Shown: in pieces, positions 1 through 12,100 of the stretch | How the letters are laid out: the number at the start of each line of letters is the position of its first letter | How positions within the stretch are numbered: the first letter of the stretch is position 1 | From: Lama guanicoe | Taxonomy: Eukaryota | DNA length: 64,000 nucleotides | Reading direction: 5' to 3' | NCBI GenBank assembly: GCA_013239625.1 | Contig: MU054187.1 | Coordinates: 7,660,358-7,724,357 of the forward strand | Notes under the pieces: generated by a model | The model's input: only the letters and a program-made list of their open reading frames with translations | Database searches by the model: none | Told to the model about the DNA's origin: nothing | Program-made: the position numbers and the translations under genes

Positions 1-40
1 TCCCCCACCGCGCTCCCACCCCGTCACACTCGTGATCGCC

Positions 41-76
41 CTCTCTCTCTCTCTCCTCTCTCTCCCTCTCTCTCTG

Positions 77-107
<31 letters not shown>

Positions 108-136
108 AACACACACACACTCTCTCTCTCTCTCTC
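41..136. repeat. Compound microsatellite (CT)n-(CA)n-(CT)n
   Basis: Directly visible dinucleotide tracts. Confidence 0.95.
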
Positions 137-567
137 ACGGGCACCGGTGGCCCCATTGTCAACAAAGAATGCATAATGGCGAAGTACTCAGCAGTGATTT
201 TGGTGATGTTTTGCCTTGCGTGTTTTGAAAGTATTCCTGAAGAGTATAAATAAATGTGCCCTAAACTCTCCCCCTTTCTCTCTGCTGATATTTGGAGCTA
301 AGCTCTCAACGAAAGGGGCGGCCTGTGAACCGCAGTGGCCAGAATGCTTTCAGGGAACAAATGGGTGGCTCAGTGGCGTCCTCTCTTTTCCATAATATTA
401 GCACCGTATAGATTTAATAACGGGGTGATTGAAAACATTTTGATGATGGGGCAGTTTCTCTGATCTGCAAAGGAGAGCATCTGAAAGCATCTGATTTGCT
501 CGTGTACCAATTAATTATTGAAGCAACAGAAAATACAAGCCACAGTGCTTCCCTCCTGCAAAAAGGC

Positions 568-571
<4 letters not shown>

Positions 572-610
<39 letters not shown>

Positions 611-617
611 TGTGTGT
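572..617. repeat. (GT)n microsatellite
   Basis: Near-perfect GT run with one interruption. Confidence 0.97.
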
Positions 618-2346
618 CTCGCTGTCTGTGCTCTTGGGCTCGTGTTTATACATATGCGTATACTACTGAGAAGGGAAACTTGGCCAGAAATTTCATTTTG
701 ACCTTGAAAATTATTGGGAGATTTTCTGTGTGTGTGTCTGATAGGGTAGTATTTGATGTAATAGGAACACAATCCTTTTTTCTTTTCCCTTTTAATCTGT
801 TCTTCCTCCACATCACTTAAACGGGCCTCACAGCCAAACATCACCTTAAATTCTAATTTCTATTTCTAGCCTGTATTTTATTAGCACCTTTTCTGTTTTA
901 CAATCTACTCACTCATAGGGCACCAGATCTGTTGTGAGCAAACAATACGGTTTTGTTTCATGTTCCCGTAAACATTATTCTACTGAGTGGTGCAGTCCCC
1001 GTATCTTGTACCTTATTTCATTTGGTCACGTTTGGGAGACTATTTCATGATATTTAGGCTTAAGTTTGTCTTTTTTTTTTCCCTAGAGTCCGGGGCTCCC
1101 TAAAGTTTTAAGGTAAAAGGAGACCGTATCTTTAGGTTTTTGTAAAATTTGTTGCTTTGTATTGTGACAATAGTGTTCATATGCCTGACATCCTCATAAT
1201 AATATTAAGCTCTATTTTTTAGTGTGATGTACTTTATACATTTGTATAAATGTCACAGCCTGTAATCACTTCCTTTGTCATCGACGATTAATCTAAAAAA
1301 ATCGAATAATTCACTGCCCCTTGCCATTTACATATCGTCTGCTGCCATCTGCTCTTCTCAGCAGCAGTAAATGATGGGTAATTAACTCACTGCCTTTGTC
1401 TTTCCCTTGCTGAATGTCTGACACATATAGATTTTCCTCTGTGTGTGTATGTGCGTGTGTGTCTGTGCAAGTAAGGGGAAGAGGGAGGGAAGGAGAGAGG
1501 GGAGAGCGAAAAAGAATGCATGATAGTGCAAATCTGGAAGTCAGCACAAGATAATTTCAAGAGAAAAGGCCAAACAAAGATGTTGGTCTGGAGAAGGGGC
1601 CATATTTCATAACCTTAAGCTTTCTCAAGCTGAAAGGAAGAGCCACGAGAGCAATGGCTGCCTTGCACAAGCAAGAAGCGTTTTTCTAAAGCCTCAGTGG
1701 TCAAGGTCAAGATGCAAAATCAAATAAGGGCTCCGTGAGCTATTCCTGTCTACCAGAGGGCAAAGAGATCGCGTCAATGAGACTAAGTGGAAGGTCCCCA
1801 CAACCCACATGACTTCTGAACTGGTAGGGAGAATCCGTGTTTGGAGAAGCGATGATAGAAAAGCGATCTCAGCTGATCTTGATGCGACACGTTTTTGAAA
1901 ATGGAAAGGATCTAGGAAAACTTACAAGGGCTTATGAGACTGGGGAATATATAGATATGCTTATTTTAAAGGGAAACGGTGTCACTGCCCTGGATTTTCC
2001 CAAACTTCCTGTTGAATTACACAGTTCTTCTTGGTGCAGCCCAAGAGTGCTTTAGAAAGGAATCTCGTGCTGTTCTGAAGACATTATATGTGGTATGACT
2101 CAAATGATTCCTACTGGAAACATATATTCTATATTATGTGAAAATAGTTTGAAAGGTGGCTAAGCGTGATAACATGAAAAGAAAATAACTTAAAAAACAA
2201 AATTTTACAGAAGGTCAGAATCTGTCTCTCTCAACATGGTTTTTATGCCACATAAAGTCAGCCTATAGGCTAAGTACCAGGAATCTGCCATCATCATCAT
2301 CTTCGCATGGAATCAGTAAAACTGGCTTCAATTAAGAGACGATACA

Positions 2347-2762
2347 TAGGTATCCCCTGCTTTTCGAAAGTTCACTTTTACAAAAGACCTACATTAGGAC
2401 CTGTTTTTGCTAACTGAAAGAAATCAAAGAGATTGGAAGATTTTTGCTTTTATGAAAAAAGGCAGAAAGCAAAAATCTAGTTTAGCATTTGTTTTGCAAG
2501 CCAGCCGGTACAGAGGCGGAGGGCATCCCTGGCAGTGAGCGCGGCACCGCCAGCTCCTTCCCCGGGAACCGCTCTCAGCACGTCAGCATCCAGCCGCCAT
2601 AGCTTTGAACTGTGTCTGTGAGTGTTTGTGCTTTCACTCTATTTATTTTGTGCATCCGTTAGCACGATGTGGCCTAAGGTCCTTACTTCTTTGTTTTACA
2701 CCATTTTGGCTTAAGAAAGGTTTCATAGGAAGCCTCTACTTTTCAGATAGCTGGGGAACCTG
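2347..2762. mobile_element. Non-autonomous TcMar-Tigger (MER2-type) DNA transposon
   Basis: Imperfect terminal inverted repeats: taggtatcccctgcttttcgaaagt versus the reverse complement of the right end, caggttccccagctatctgaaaagt. TA follows at 2763-2764. Body resembles recalled Tigger MITE consensus. Confidence 0.85.
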
Positions 2763-5260
2763 TATTTTTGCTGGCTGTAATTTAAACAAGCAAAGTGTAG
2801 TTTTGGTTCTCAAGGAGTTTGCCGTATAGATTATTCAATCAATCAAAAAAAGACATACCTAAGATACAGATTGGTAAGATCCTGATCTGATATTTTTTAA
2901 GTTGCTGTCACTGTGTGTTCTCAAGGTCTGAATCATCTTTGAACTCCCCACTGAAGGGGAGAGATCAGTACAGAGTCTGGAGAAGCTCTCAGAGCCCATT
3001 TCTGTCTGTGTGAGACTTTCTATGGGATACTTTCATCATGCAGTCCTAGCTCTGTGCCTCTACTGTTCTGTCTGTACAATGGCTATAGAAACATTCTCCT
3101 ATTTCTCTGAAATAATAATTTAATAAAAAGCAGTTGTGTTGTACATGTATATCATAGGAGGCAAACTGCATTCCTAATGGCACTGTCATGCATATGGTAG
3201 TGCTCATTTCTGGTGCCTCAGTAGGACTATTAATATTTTTATGAGTCATGAATGTGTGAAAACATTTATCTGCTGGCTTAATTTTGGTATTTGTGGTTAA
3301 TCTTTGCCATAGCATCTATCATCACTGGACCTGTAAAGGTTTAGATAATTTGTTCATAATTATGAAGGAAATGAATGGACATCACTGGAAGGCCATTGAA
3401 TTGTTGAAATATATTTTCTTTTTAGTTTCAAATGACTTGCAGAGACAACTTAATATACACATTATGTGATGAAATGGCTAAAAAAATACATAAGCATTTG
3501 ACTTAGTAAGTCACTTAAACATGAGAAAGGAACGTTATAAATATATAAAAATGGACTCCGTATCTCAGAGCTGTTGTTAACTGTGTGAAGTAATACACTT
3601 TATGAAACTATTTAAATTGCATAAAATTTTTATGACTTACAGGTAAATTTGTCAGCATCTAATTGAGTAAGAGATTCTTGAAAGCTTTCACTGCAATTGT
3701 TAATTCAGCATCATTGTTCTCTCAGGCTGTTACGTGACCCACCAGGCTGAGAGAACAATATTGCTGAATATAATTGGCATATGTCAGCAAAATATAATTA
3801 GTAACAAGCCTCGTTCTGAAATGCTCTTTTTGTTAGTATGAAAGAGTTGAAGATTTCCTCTTGGATTAAATTATAGCTTGGATTTCTTTCTTATTTGCTT
3901 TTGATAGGTCTTTAAAAAACTGAAATTTTGATTCAAGAAGTATGTGTTGATTCCCTGTGCAGGGCAAACGCTGTGAAGGCTCATCTTTCCTTCAATGGGT
4001 TTTTAGTTTAATTTGGGGCATGAGAACTTTGTATAAGAAATATGGGCCAGTGTGTTATCAAGGGTTATCACAAATGCACATGCCAGCCATTTTCGTTCCA
4101 ACCCCCTCCCGACCGCCTACCCTTTGTGGTTTGGAGCGGGTGTGATGACAGGCTATTTCTGAGGGATTGGGTAGGTAGTCACTGATGCCAAAGTCGCAGA
4201 TGAAAGAAAGGGTCTGAATGGGTTATCAGGGCACCGCTACACTTTTAACTCTGGGGGTGTTATGGCCAAGGTCGGCAGTGGGGGAAAATGAGCTAATTAT
4301 TTCCCACTTCACTGTATAAAAACAGAAGATGGAAATCTTTCACTCTAGGTGATTTGGAAAAAAAAATTTCAGTAATATGTAACTTTTTATTTTAGTTTTT
4401 CGAGAGGAACAGAAAAATCTTTGCCAAATTGTTCTTCTTGTGAGAAAAAGAACTTGGCAAAATTTCTTCAGAACCCGGGGTTGCAATGAAACTGCCCCTG
4501 AACTAAAGGCTACCTAGACCCCCACCTGGAAGTGTAACCATTTCGCCTAACAACGCTGGGACTTGGCGGTGGCAGCCAGGCCTGAGGGAGGGGCCCCCCT
4601 GGCTCCGCCCACACGGCCAGTGGGCTGGACCCGGAGGGGCAGGGAAGGTGAGGTAGGCAGAGCTTAGCCACTCGCTCTGGCCGGAACAGATGCTGGTGCC
4701 CCGTGGGGTGCGGCACATCAGAGACGGTTCTCAGTCCCTCTCATCGCCAAAGTCTCTCTCTCGTGTCTTTGACCTAACGCATGCCATGCTCTGGAACCTT
4801 CCTCGTCTGCCCTCTCTGGATGGGAGGACCCTGGACACCATCCCTGCCTTCTAAGCAGACTGCTTCTAATCTCCCTGGCTTGAAGTCCTCACTCCCTTTG
4901 TCTTGTCCCTGGGGCCTCTGTTCCTGGGAGCCTGTCTTCCGTCCTCAGTTCTCCGCACAAACCATGATTCTCTGGCATTTCTGTGTTACTATGTACCTCA
5001 CCATCCTTTACTGCACAGCGATCATTCTAAACACAGAAAAGCTCTGCATATAAAATGAATTTGGGGAGCAGAGGAGACAAGGTGGAAAATGTATTTCTCT
5101 CTCTCCACACACATAATCCATTTCAAGTCTTATGGGCAACTATATTCATTTCAGACGCTTGGTCTTTTTAAGAATGTATGCAATGGATTGCAACCTGTTA
5201 GGCAGAATGAGTTGAGTTTAGATAAAGGCCTGGAAAGCTATGAAAGTCATCGTAATTATA

Positions 5261-5363
5261 CGCTTATTGTGGTGATCATTTTGCAATATAAACAAATATT
5301 CAATTGTTTGTTGTACATTTGAAACTAATATAACGTTTTATGTCAATTGTACCTCAATTAACA
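5261..5363 (+). mobile_element. L1 3' end fragment (L1MA9/10-like)
   Basis: cttattgtggtgatcattttgcaatata...gaaactaatataacgttttatgtcaattgtacctcaat matches recalled L1MA 3' terminus. Confidence 0.8.
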
Positions 5364-5734
5364 ATCATAATTTTTCAAAGGAGATTTAGTGGTAAAGGCC
5401 GCCACCAAATTTGGCTTTTTCAAGAATACGTATCCAGAAGAAATCGTACAGACAGAGGCCAAACAGCTCCTTACAAATAAGCCGGCTGTCACGGAGGGTG
5501 GAACGTAGCTGCCTTAGGTAGATCAAGTGATAATCAAATCCAGGCCACGGGAAAATTTGCTAAGTGCCAGCCGAACTTCCGAAACAGATGAATCAGAAGG
5601 ATGGCTATTTGGCATTATCAAAAAATGTCATGCTTTATTCAAAGGTTTTCAGCAATTTCAATTAAAAGATTAGTTCCCTTGTTCATAAACCTATGATATA
5701 AATTCTTCAAAATAACAGACTATATGTCATGTTT

Positions 5735-5890
5735 CAGGGAGGCAGACTGATAGAGTGGGAAGAGGGCTGAATCCTAGACGAGAGAGATGGTGACAGGGCA
5801 GGACACTGAATCCTGGCTGGCCTTAGTTTGCTCATCTGAAAAATGGGTGAGTGATTTGTACAAAAGCACTCTGTGGAAATGTGAAGGGGT
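5735..5890 (+). mobile_element. Degraded MIR SINE
   Basis: Core-like ccttagtttgctcatctgaaaaatggg. Confidence 0.6.
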
Positions 5891-6149
5891 CATGAAGAGG
5901 CTGACAGGCGTGGTTTCTAAGTATTTTTTTCTCCTGCTTTAACCAGAATAATTCTACCTTGTATTTTCCATTTTTGACATGCCCATGATTTTTTAAGCTC
6001 CATGTCTAAAAAAAAAGTGTGTGATAATTCTTACTCTATGTGAACTCAGGAAGTGGAGTGTGACATACAGGAAAGATAGGTTTTAGAATAGGCAAACCTG
6101 GTCTGAATCTTAACTCTGTCTCTGAAGAGTAGGGGAGACAAGAAACACA

Positions 6150-6700
6150 TGGTAAGAGTTATATTTTAGAAAGATGTTCCTGGTGGGGCTATAAAGGATG
6201 GGTGTGAAGAAACAGAGGCTGGAAGGAGGAAAAAATTTTGGAGATTCAAAAAAATGGTCTGGATATAAAATAAGGAGCCCAACTCTGGCATTGGCAATAG
6301 AGATTGAATTGGGAATATAGATTTAAGGAACATTTGAGGAGTTCGAATCTACGGGACTAAGTACAGTTGCAATTTATGGGATGAGGAAGTGTTCTAGAAT
6401 GACTGCCCGTTTTCTGGTGACATTGACTGAAGGGAGATCCAGGGAGAGAAGCGCTTTTGCGGACAAATATGATGACTTCATATCTGCACGCATACGGTTT
6501 GAAAGGCTAACTAAATATATTTACCAGTGTCTGGAGCATAGAAACAAGAGCTGGGCAATAGAGGAAGAAATAAAAATTTTTCATATATGAAAATATGGAA
6601 GTCATTAGAAACCACAGAAAAAATAATTAAGGCCTTTTTAAGGAGGAAAGGATCTGTGAGGAAGTTAAGCCTGAACGTCCTCAGGCATCCACTGTGCGTA
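6150..6700 (-). mobile_element. L2 LINE fragment
   Basis: Purine-rich antisense L2-like sequence (ttttagaaagat..., gaatgactgcccgtttctgg..., gtctggagcatag). Confidence 0.6.
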
Positions 6701-6752
6701 GTGAATTAATGTGATTCTTGGGCATCTAGGGTGGTATTAGGTATGACTAACC

Positions 6753-7306
6753 TGTATTAGTCAGAGTTCTCCTGAGAAATAAAACCAATAGGATAGATAT
6801 ATTATATTATATTATATTATATTATATTATATTATATTATACATGTAATTATGTATTGTATTATATATGCAATTGTGTATTATATTATATATGTAAGGAG
6901 ATTTATTTTAAGGAATTGGCTCACATTATTAAGAGGCTGAGAAGTCCCACGAACTGCCATTTGTAAGCTGGAGACCCAGGAAAGCCAATGGAGTAACTCA
7001 GTCTCAATTCGAAAGTCTGCGAAGCGGGCGTGTCCAGGGCAGGAGGAAATCCACGTTCCAACAGAAGCAGTCAGGCAGGAAGGGGTGGGTTTTTCTTTCC
7101 TCTGTCTTTCTGTTTCATTCAGGCCCTCAGCGGATCGGGTGATGCTCACCCACACTGCAGAGGGGAAGCTGTTTTCCCGCGTCCACCAATTCAGATGCTG
7201 GTTTCATTTGGAAGCATGCTCACAGATACAGCCAGGAATGATATTTAGCCAAACTATCTGGTCACTCCATGATCCAGTCAAGTTAACATGAAAATTGACC
7301 ATGACA
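6753..7306 (-). mobile_element. MLT2 (ERVL) solo LTR with internal (ATATT)n expansion at ~6797-6842
   Basis: Starts tgtattagtcagagttctcc...aaccaatagga and ends ccagtcaagttaacatgaaaattgaccatgaca, i.e. the reverse complement of MLT2 termini. Confidence 0.9.
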
Positions 7307-7379
7307 CCTCCTTTGGGTGAATTGAAAAAGCAGTCAGCAAATCTTTGTGCTTTGTGGTTCATATAGGAAAACCTGGTTG

Positions 7380-7940
7380 AGAAAGGTGTGAACAGAAAAC
7401 CAAATTCAAAACCCTGGTGAGCATCAGTGGTACTCTTGAGGAGCTCACAGTGCAGTGTGTGTAAGGCCTGGCTGAAAATAACACTAACAGTGACAGTGCA
7501 CAACTGCAATGGTATCAGGGCTGCAAAGCAAGTCAGCCTCTGGTCTGTCTCTCTCTCTTTCTCTGTCTCAGTTTGTTTTTCCTCTGCCTTGGCTTCTTTA
7601 TCCACCTGGCATTCTTCATAGACAGCACAGCTCCTGGTAGCTCCAGGCCGTTATCATCCTCGATTTAGCAATCTCATTAGCAAATGCACATCTTTCCCAC
7701 CAATTCCAATAAAAGTTCCTTCCATGATTCATGTAGGCCTGGTTTAGATCTCATGCCCCTTCCGGAACCCATCGCTGAGGCCATGGGAATGGAATATGCC
7801 AGTTACTCAGGCCTCTGTCATGAACTGCTGAAGGAACCTGATGGACTTGAAGCAGGGGAGGAGGATGCTTACCCAGGATGCAGTCATCAGAAGAAAGAAG
7901 CAGTGATATCAAAGTGGTCAACTGGCAGATGTGCACCTCA
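7380..7940 (-). mobile_element. MLT1K-like (ERVL-MaLR) LTR, degraded
   Basis: Diagnostic stretch tcatgccccttccggaacccatcgctgaggccatgggaatggaatatgcc and agctccaggc. Confidence 0.7.
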
Positions 7941-8993
7941 AAGCACAAGGAATCAATGGCCAACGTTTCCTTCAGGATTCAAAGGAACCTTCATGGTGAG
8001 TGGACAGCAGAGGTTGAATAGGAGTTTGCTAAGATCATACAGCAGTATTTAGAATTGTGAACATTCCTGGTAAGGGTGTTGTGGCAGAACCGTAAACCTA
8101 TAATCTTATGCTAAATATGAAAAAGATAAAAGGCCAAATTCAAATCTTAGCCACACTTCTAAACATAAATGAAGCTGCACCTGCAATTCCAGAGAGTGAT
8201 ACATACGACCTTTTGCATCCTTCATCTGGGGGCCGTGAAACTTTGGAATCATGAATAAACAATGAAATGGCACACAATCTATGCATAATTTTAAAATGGG
8301 TGGTGCAGAGAAATGCACTGACTTTGAAATAGCAAGCCAAGGTAAGTTTCACAATCAGGAAACAGAGATCTGGGTTGAGAACAAAGATTCCTAAGAGAAG
8401 GCTTATGCATTCTAAGCAAGACTCATTTGGGGCCACGTCACATAAACTGAAAAGAATGGAGGTTGGAGGAGATTGACTGCTGTAAATTTATGAGATTAAT
8501 TTCCTGCCTAAGAAAGAAGAATCAAGAGTGGGCAGAAAGAACTACCAAAACAACACTGTTCTGAAGTGCAGAAGGTGTCCCTTTGAACAAAATGGAAAAT
8601 TTTACCTAAGAAAAGGTGGAATTATTAGAATGTTTAAAGTATATACCAAAATTTCAAAAGCAAATTGGACTATTTGTTTTCATTCTCATCTTGAATATGA
8701 CCTGAAGTTTTGAGAACAAATAGTCATAGAGAATGTTTCTACATAATTTAGTCAAAAATTTCAACTAGAAAATGAGAAATCAAAATTATTTCATGCTTAA
8801 CAGATCAAATGGTTTATAGCACATAATATTCAAAGAAATGGTTTTTGATTCCCAAGTAAATTATTAAAGTCATAAGGCAGCAGTTGTGAACATGGTAATT
8901 TTGTACAACAATGGTTAATGTTTTTTATAGAGAAATTTAGATAGTCACAAAAAAGTAAGCATAGGTTTGTGCATTTAAACTGTTTAAAATAAA

Positions 8994-9115
8994 CTACAAG
9001 GATATATTATACAACACGGGAATTTAGCCAATCTTTTACAATAACTATAAATGGAGTATAACCTTTAAAAATCGTGAACTACTATATTGTAACTATGCTT
9101 CAGTTAAAAAAAAAG
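8994..9115 (+). mobile_element. 5'-truncated L1 3' end with poly(A) and target-site duplication
   Basis: L1 3'UTR-like ctacaaggatatattatacaacacgggaatttagccaat, then an A-tail. Direct repeat taaactgtttaaaataaa at 8976-8993 and 9116-9133. Confidence 0.9.
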
Positions 9116-9299
9116 TAAACTGTTTAAAATAAAGGTAATTGTGTGTGGGGGGATGCTAAGTGTGTGGGTGAGTCATGCATTCACTGCAAGAAGAGTCAAT
9201 GGTTTCTACAAATATTAATTTAATCTAAGACCACAAATTTGAAAAGCAATCTTCTTACCCTATAAATGCTTTAAATGATTTGTGCCATGAAATCTGCTC

Positions 9300-9460
9300 C
9301 TTCATTTACTTATTAATCACCCTTTCAACAAATATTTCTAGTAACCCTTCATGCCAGGCATTTTTCAGAGTCCTGGAAAAAGAAGAATCAATAAAATACA
9401 GCCGCTGATTTGAGAGACTCACAGCCTAATGAGAGGGCTGGACATGTAAATACATAATTA
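9300..9460 (-). mobile_element. L2 3' end
   Basis: ttcaacaaatattt...atgccaggca...ctcacagcctaatg, antisense L2 tail pattern. Confidence 0.65.
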
Positions 9461-10519
9461 AGTCCTTTATCCATGCCTGAGGACCTCCATTAGCTTTGTT
9501 TCAAGTGACGAACTTTAAGATGGTTTGGTCCTAACAAAAATGCTACATTTTATTTTGAAAGTCAGTGTGTACCCTATTTTTAAGTGGACACCAGGGCTGG
9601 TTCTTGCATGGTGAACAAGGACAAGTCCTAGAGAAGAGTCTTTAAAAACCTTGGGAATGGATGGCTGTCTCTTCCTGTCCAGTTTCGTGTGTACCTCCCC
9701 CTTCCAGAAGAGCATGGCCCTGAATATATGCATTTAACACAAGGAAAACAAGTGAGTAGTTGCAGAAAAGGAAAATAAACAAAGAAAAAGAAGAAAGGAA
9801 GAGAGGAACAAAGGATTAACTGTAGAAAGAATTCCAAAACATTTCAAGATACTTAAGAGGCAGTCAACTTTGGGTGGGTGTGCTGCAGACCCAAGGATAG
9901 AAATCCTGAGAAGATGAAATTATTAGGAGAAAACTGAAGGCCAACTAGTTAAAAAAAAATCTATTCTTTATTTTTTAACAGCAGGATGTAGGTAAAGATT
10001 CCAACTGTAGGCAGCATTAATTCAAGTACAGTATTCAGATCATGGGGAATAAAGTCATGGTCATTTCTGAGCACCATAATTTCACTGGGACATTGGCAAA
10101 TTCCATCAATTAGGGGAGAAGAACTAGAATAAGAAAACTCTAAATTTTCTCCCAATTCTAAATGTTGAAGTCTAAATTAATTCAGGGTTTATCACATAGG
10201 CTAAATATGGTCCCCAAGTGAAAGAAAGGAAGACAACCCCCTTCTGCTCCCCACCCCTTTTTCTTTATGTGAAGGATGAATTCAATACATCTTATTAAAA
10301 GAAATATCAAAGTCTGTCTGTGTGGGTTTGTTTCTAAATACCATCCTGGGGGAATACGTTCTATGTAAGGATTCGAGCCAGCAGACAGTAGAAGTTCGAA
10401 GATTTAGAATTAAAACAGAACAGAAAGGAGTTTTGAATAACGTGGAGATAGTTATTTTTCTTTTGATGTGTATTTCTTCCAGCAAAAGTAACCACTTTTC
10501 CTGGAAAGGTGTGCATGGT

Positions 10520-10935
10520 TTTTGGCTAAGTCATCCCCCTTTTAGAACTGTATCATAAGGAAATCATTAAAAATTTATGCAGTTTTGTATAAGAGTGTTA
10601 GATAACCATGAAAAAAATAGAAGTAATCTACATGCTAAGTGTTGGAGAGTGGGTTAAATAAATTATCCACACAATGTATTATGTAATAAATAGTTGAGAT
10701 GGAAGCTATTCACACTCTATTGTTAAGTGAAATAAACCAGATTAAATTTTGTATAGTTTTTTTTTACATTATTTTTTCTAAAAATATGGAAGGGAAGGAT
10801 TAAAAGAATCGTATGGTAATGGTGGCTCTTTCTTTGTGGGGACGTTAAAGGATCGTTCATCTTTATTTTCTTATTTTTGCCTATTTTCTAGTTTTTCCTC
10901 AGTGAACTTGTATTGCCTTTGTAATAAAAAAATGT
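10520..10935 (+). mobile_element. Old L1 (L1ME-like) 3' end
   Basis: ggttaaataaattatccacacaatg, attgttaagtgaaa, cagtgaacttgtattgcctttgtaataaaaaaa. Confidence 0.7.
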
Positions 10936-11111
10936 AGTTTAAATTTAAAGTTATATATTCTGTATTTAGAACATAAAATACATTATTTGTATTGGAGTAA
11001 TATATATATTATATCTATGGGTATAAAGAATGCATGTTATGTAAAGATATATAGGCAGATATATAGGGTGAATAGATAGATGGATGGATAAGTACATGAA
11101 ATAAAGGTAAA

Positions 11112-11575
11112 GTCTTCATTTCTCTCACATCCCACACGTAATCCATCACCAAGTGTGGTCAGCCCTGCGTTCCAACCAAACTGACCTTTGGGTCTTTAAA
11201 CATATTATGCTTGTTCTCATCTTAGGATCATCACTTGAGCTAATCTCTCTGCCTTAAATGTTTTCCAGCATCTGCATGGTTGGTCCATTCTCATCTTTCA
11301 GGACTTGGCTCCAATGTCACCTCCGTAAAGAGGAACTCTCTGACCACCATCCTTTAAGTGACTTTCTCCAGTTTTCTCTCTGTCTTATTTCTCTGTTTAT
11401 TTTCCTCAGAGTATTGATCACAATTTGTAGTTCTCTTGCTTATTCATGTGCATGCTTGATAAATGCCTGTCTCCTCTACAATGTAAGCTTCGTTTAGACA
11501 GAAGACTTGCCAGTGATCATTGTGTCTTCAAAACCAACACAAGGCCTGACATATAGTGAATATGGAATTGATTAC
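11112..11575 (+). mobile_element. L2a 3' region
   Basis: ttcaggacttggctccaatgtcacctcc...ctgaccacc...tacaatgtaagctt...gcctgacatatag. Confidence 0.8.
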
Positions 11576-11689
11576 TCCTGAACACTTCAGCAAAGCTTAA
11601 AGATTTTCAACAAAAAAGTTGGAGAACCAGGGTTCAGCATTGGGTAGAGATAAACCTACTTTACGGTGTTGCTAATGCAAGTGTGTATT

Positions 11690-11810
11690 ACATACAAATA
11701 AATTTTAATATATAAATTTTTATATACATATATAAAATTTTATATGCATATGTATATATTTATAATTTATATACATTTAAAAGGTGTGTAAATACATTTT
11801 ACATACACAT
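11690..11810. repeat. TA-rich low-complexity tract
   Basis: Degenerate (TA)n visible. Confidence 0.8.
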
Positions 11811-11814
11811 GTAA

Positions 11815-12100
11815 ATTATGAAATTTCAAGCTTATACACAAGTAGAGAGAAGAGTGTAATGATTCTCCTTCATAGGCCCATCAACCACCTTTAACAGTTA
11901 GCAATTCATGGTTAATCTTGTTTCATAAACAGAAATCACTTCTCTCTGGATTGTTTTAAAGCAAATTTCAGACATTCTTTTTTCCTATAATTTTAATGTG
12001 TACCCTAAAAAGATAAAAACAACTGTAATTCCACTCTTGTACACAAATTCACAATAATACCTTGGATTTCAAATATCAAGTGTTTTCAAAATGTATATTA
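11815..12100 (-). mobile_element. Old L1 (L1MC4/5-like) 3' end
   Basis: atgaaatttcaag...aagtagagagaa...ggattgttttaaagcaaatttcagacat. Confidence 0.7.

Noticed and set aside
32..844. ORFs with LSLS/HTHT/CVCV runs
   Set aside because: These are translations of CT, CA and GT microsatellites.
8338..8347. Perfect splice donor AAG|GTAAGT
   Set aside because: No convincing upstream acceptor; one or two such 8-mers are expected by chance in 64 kb.
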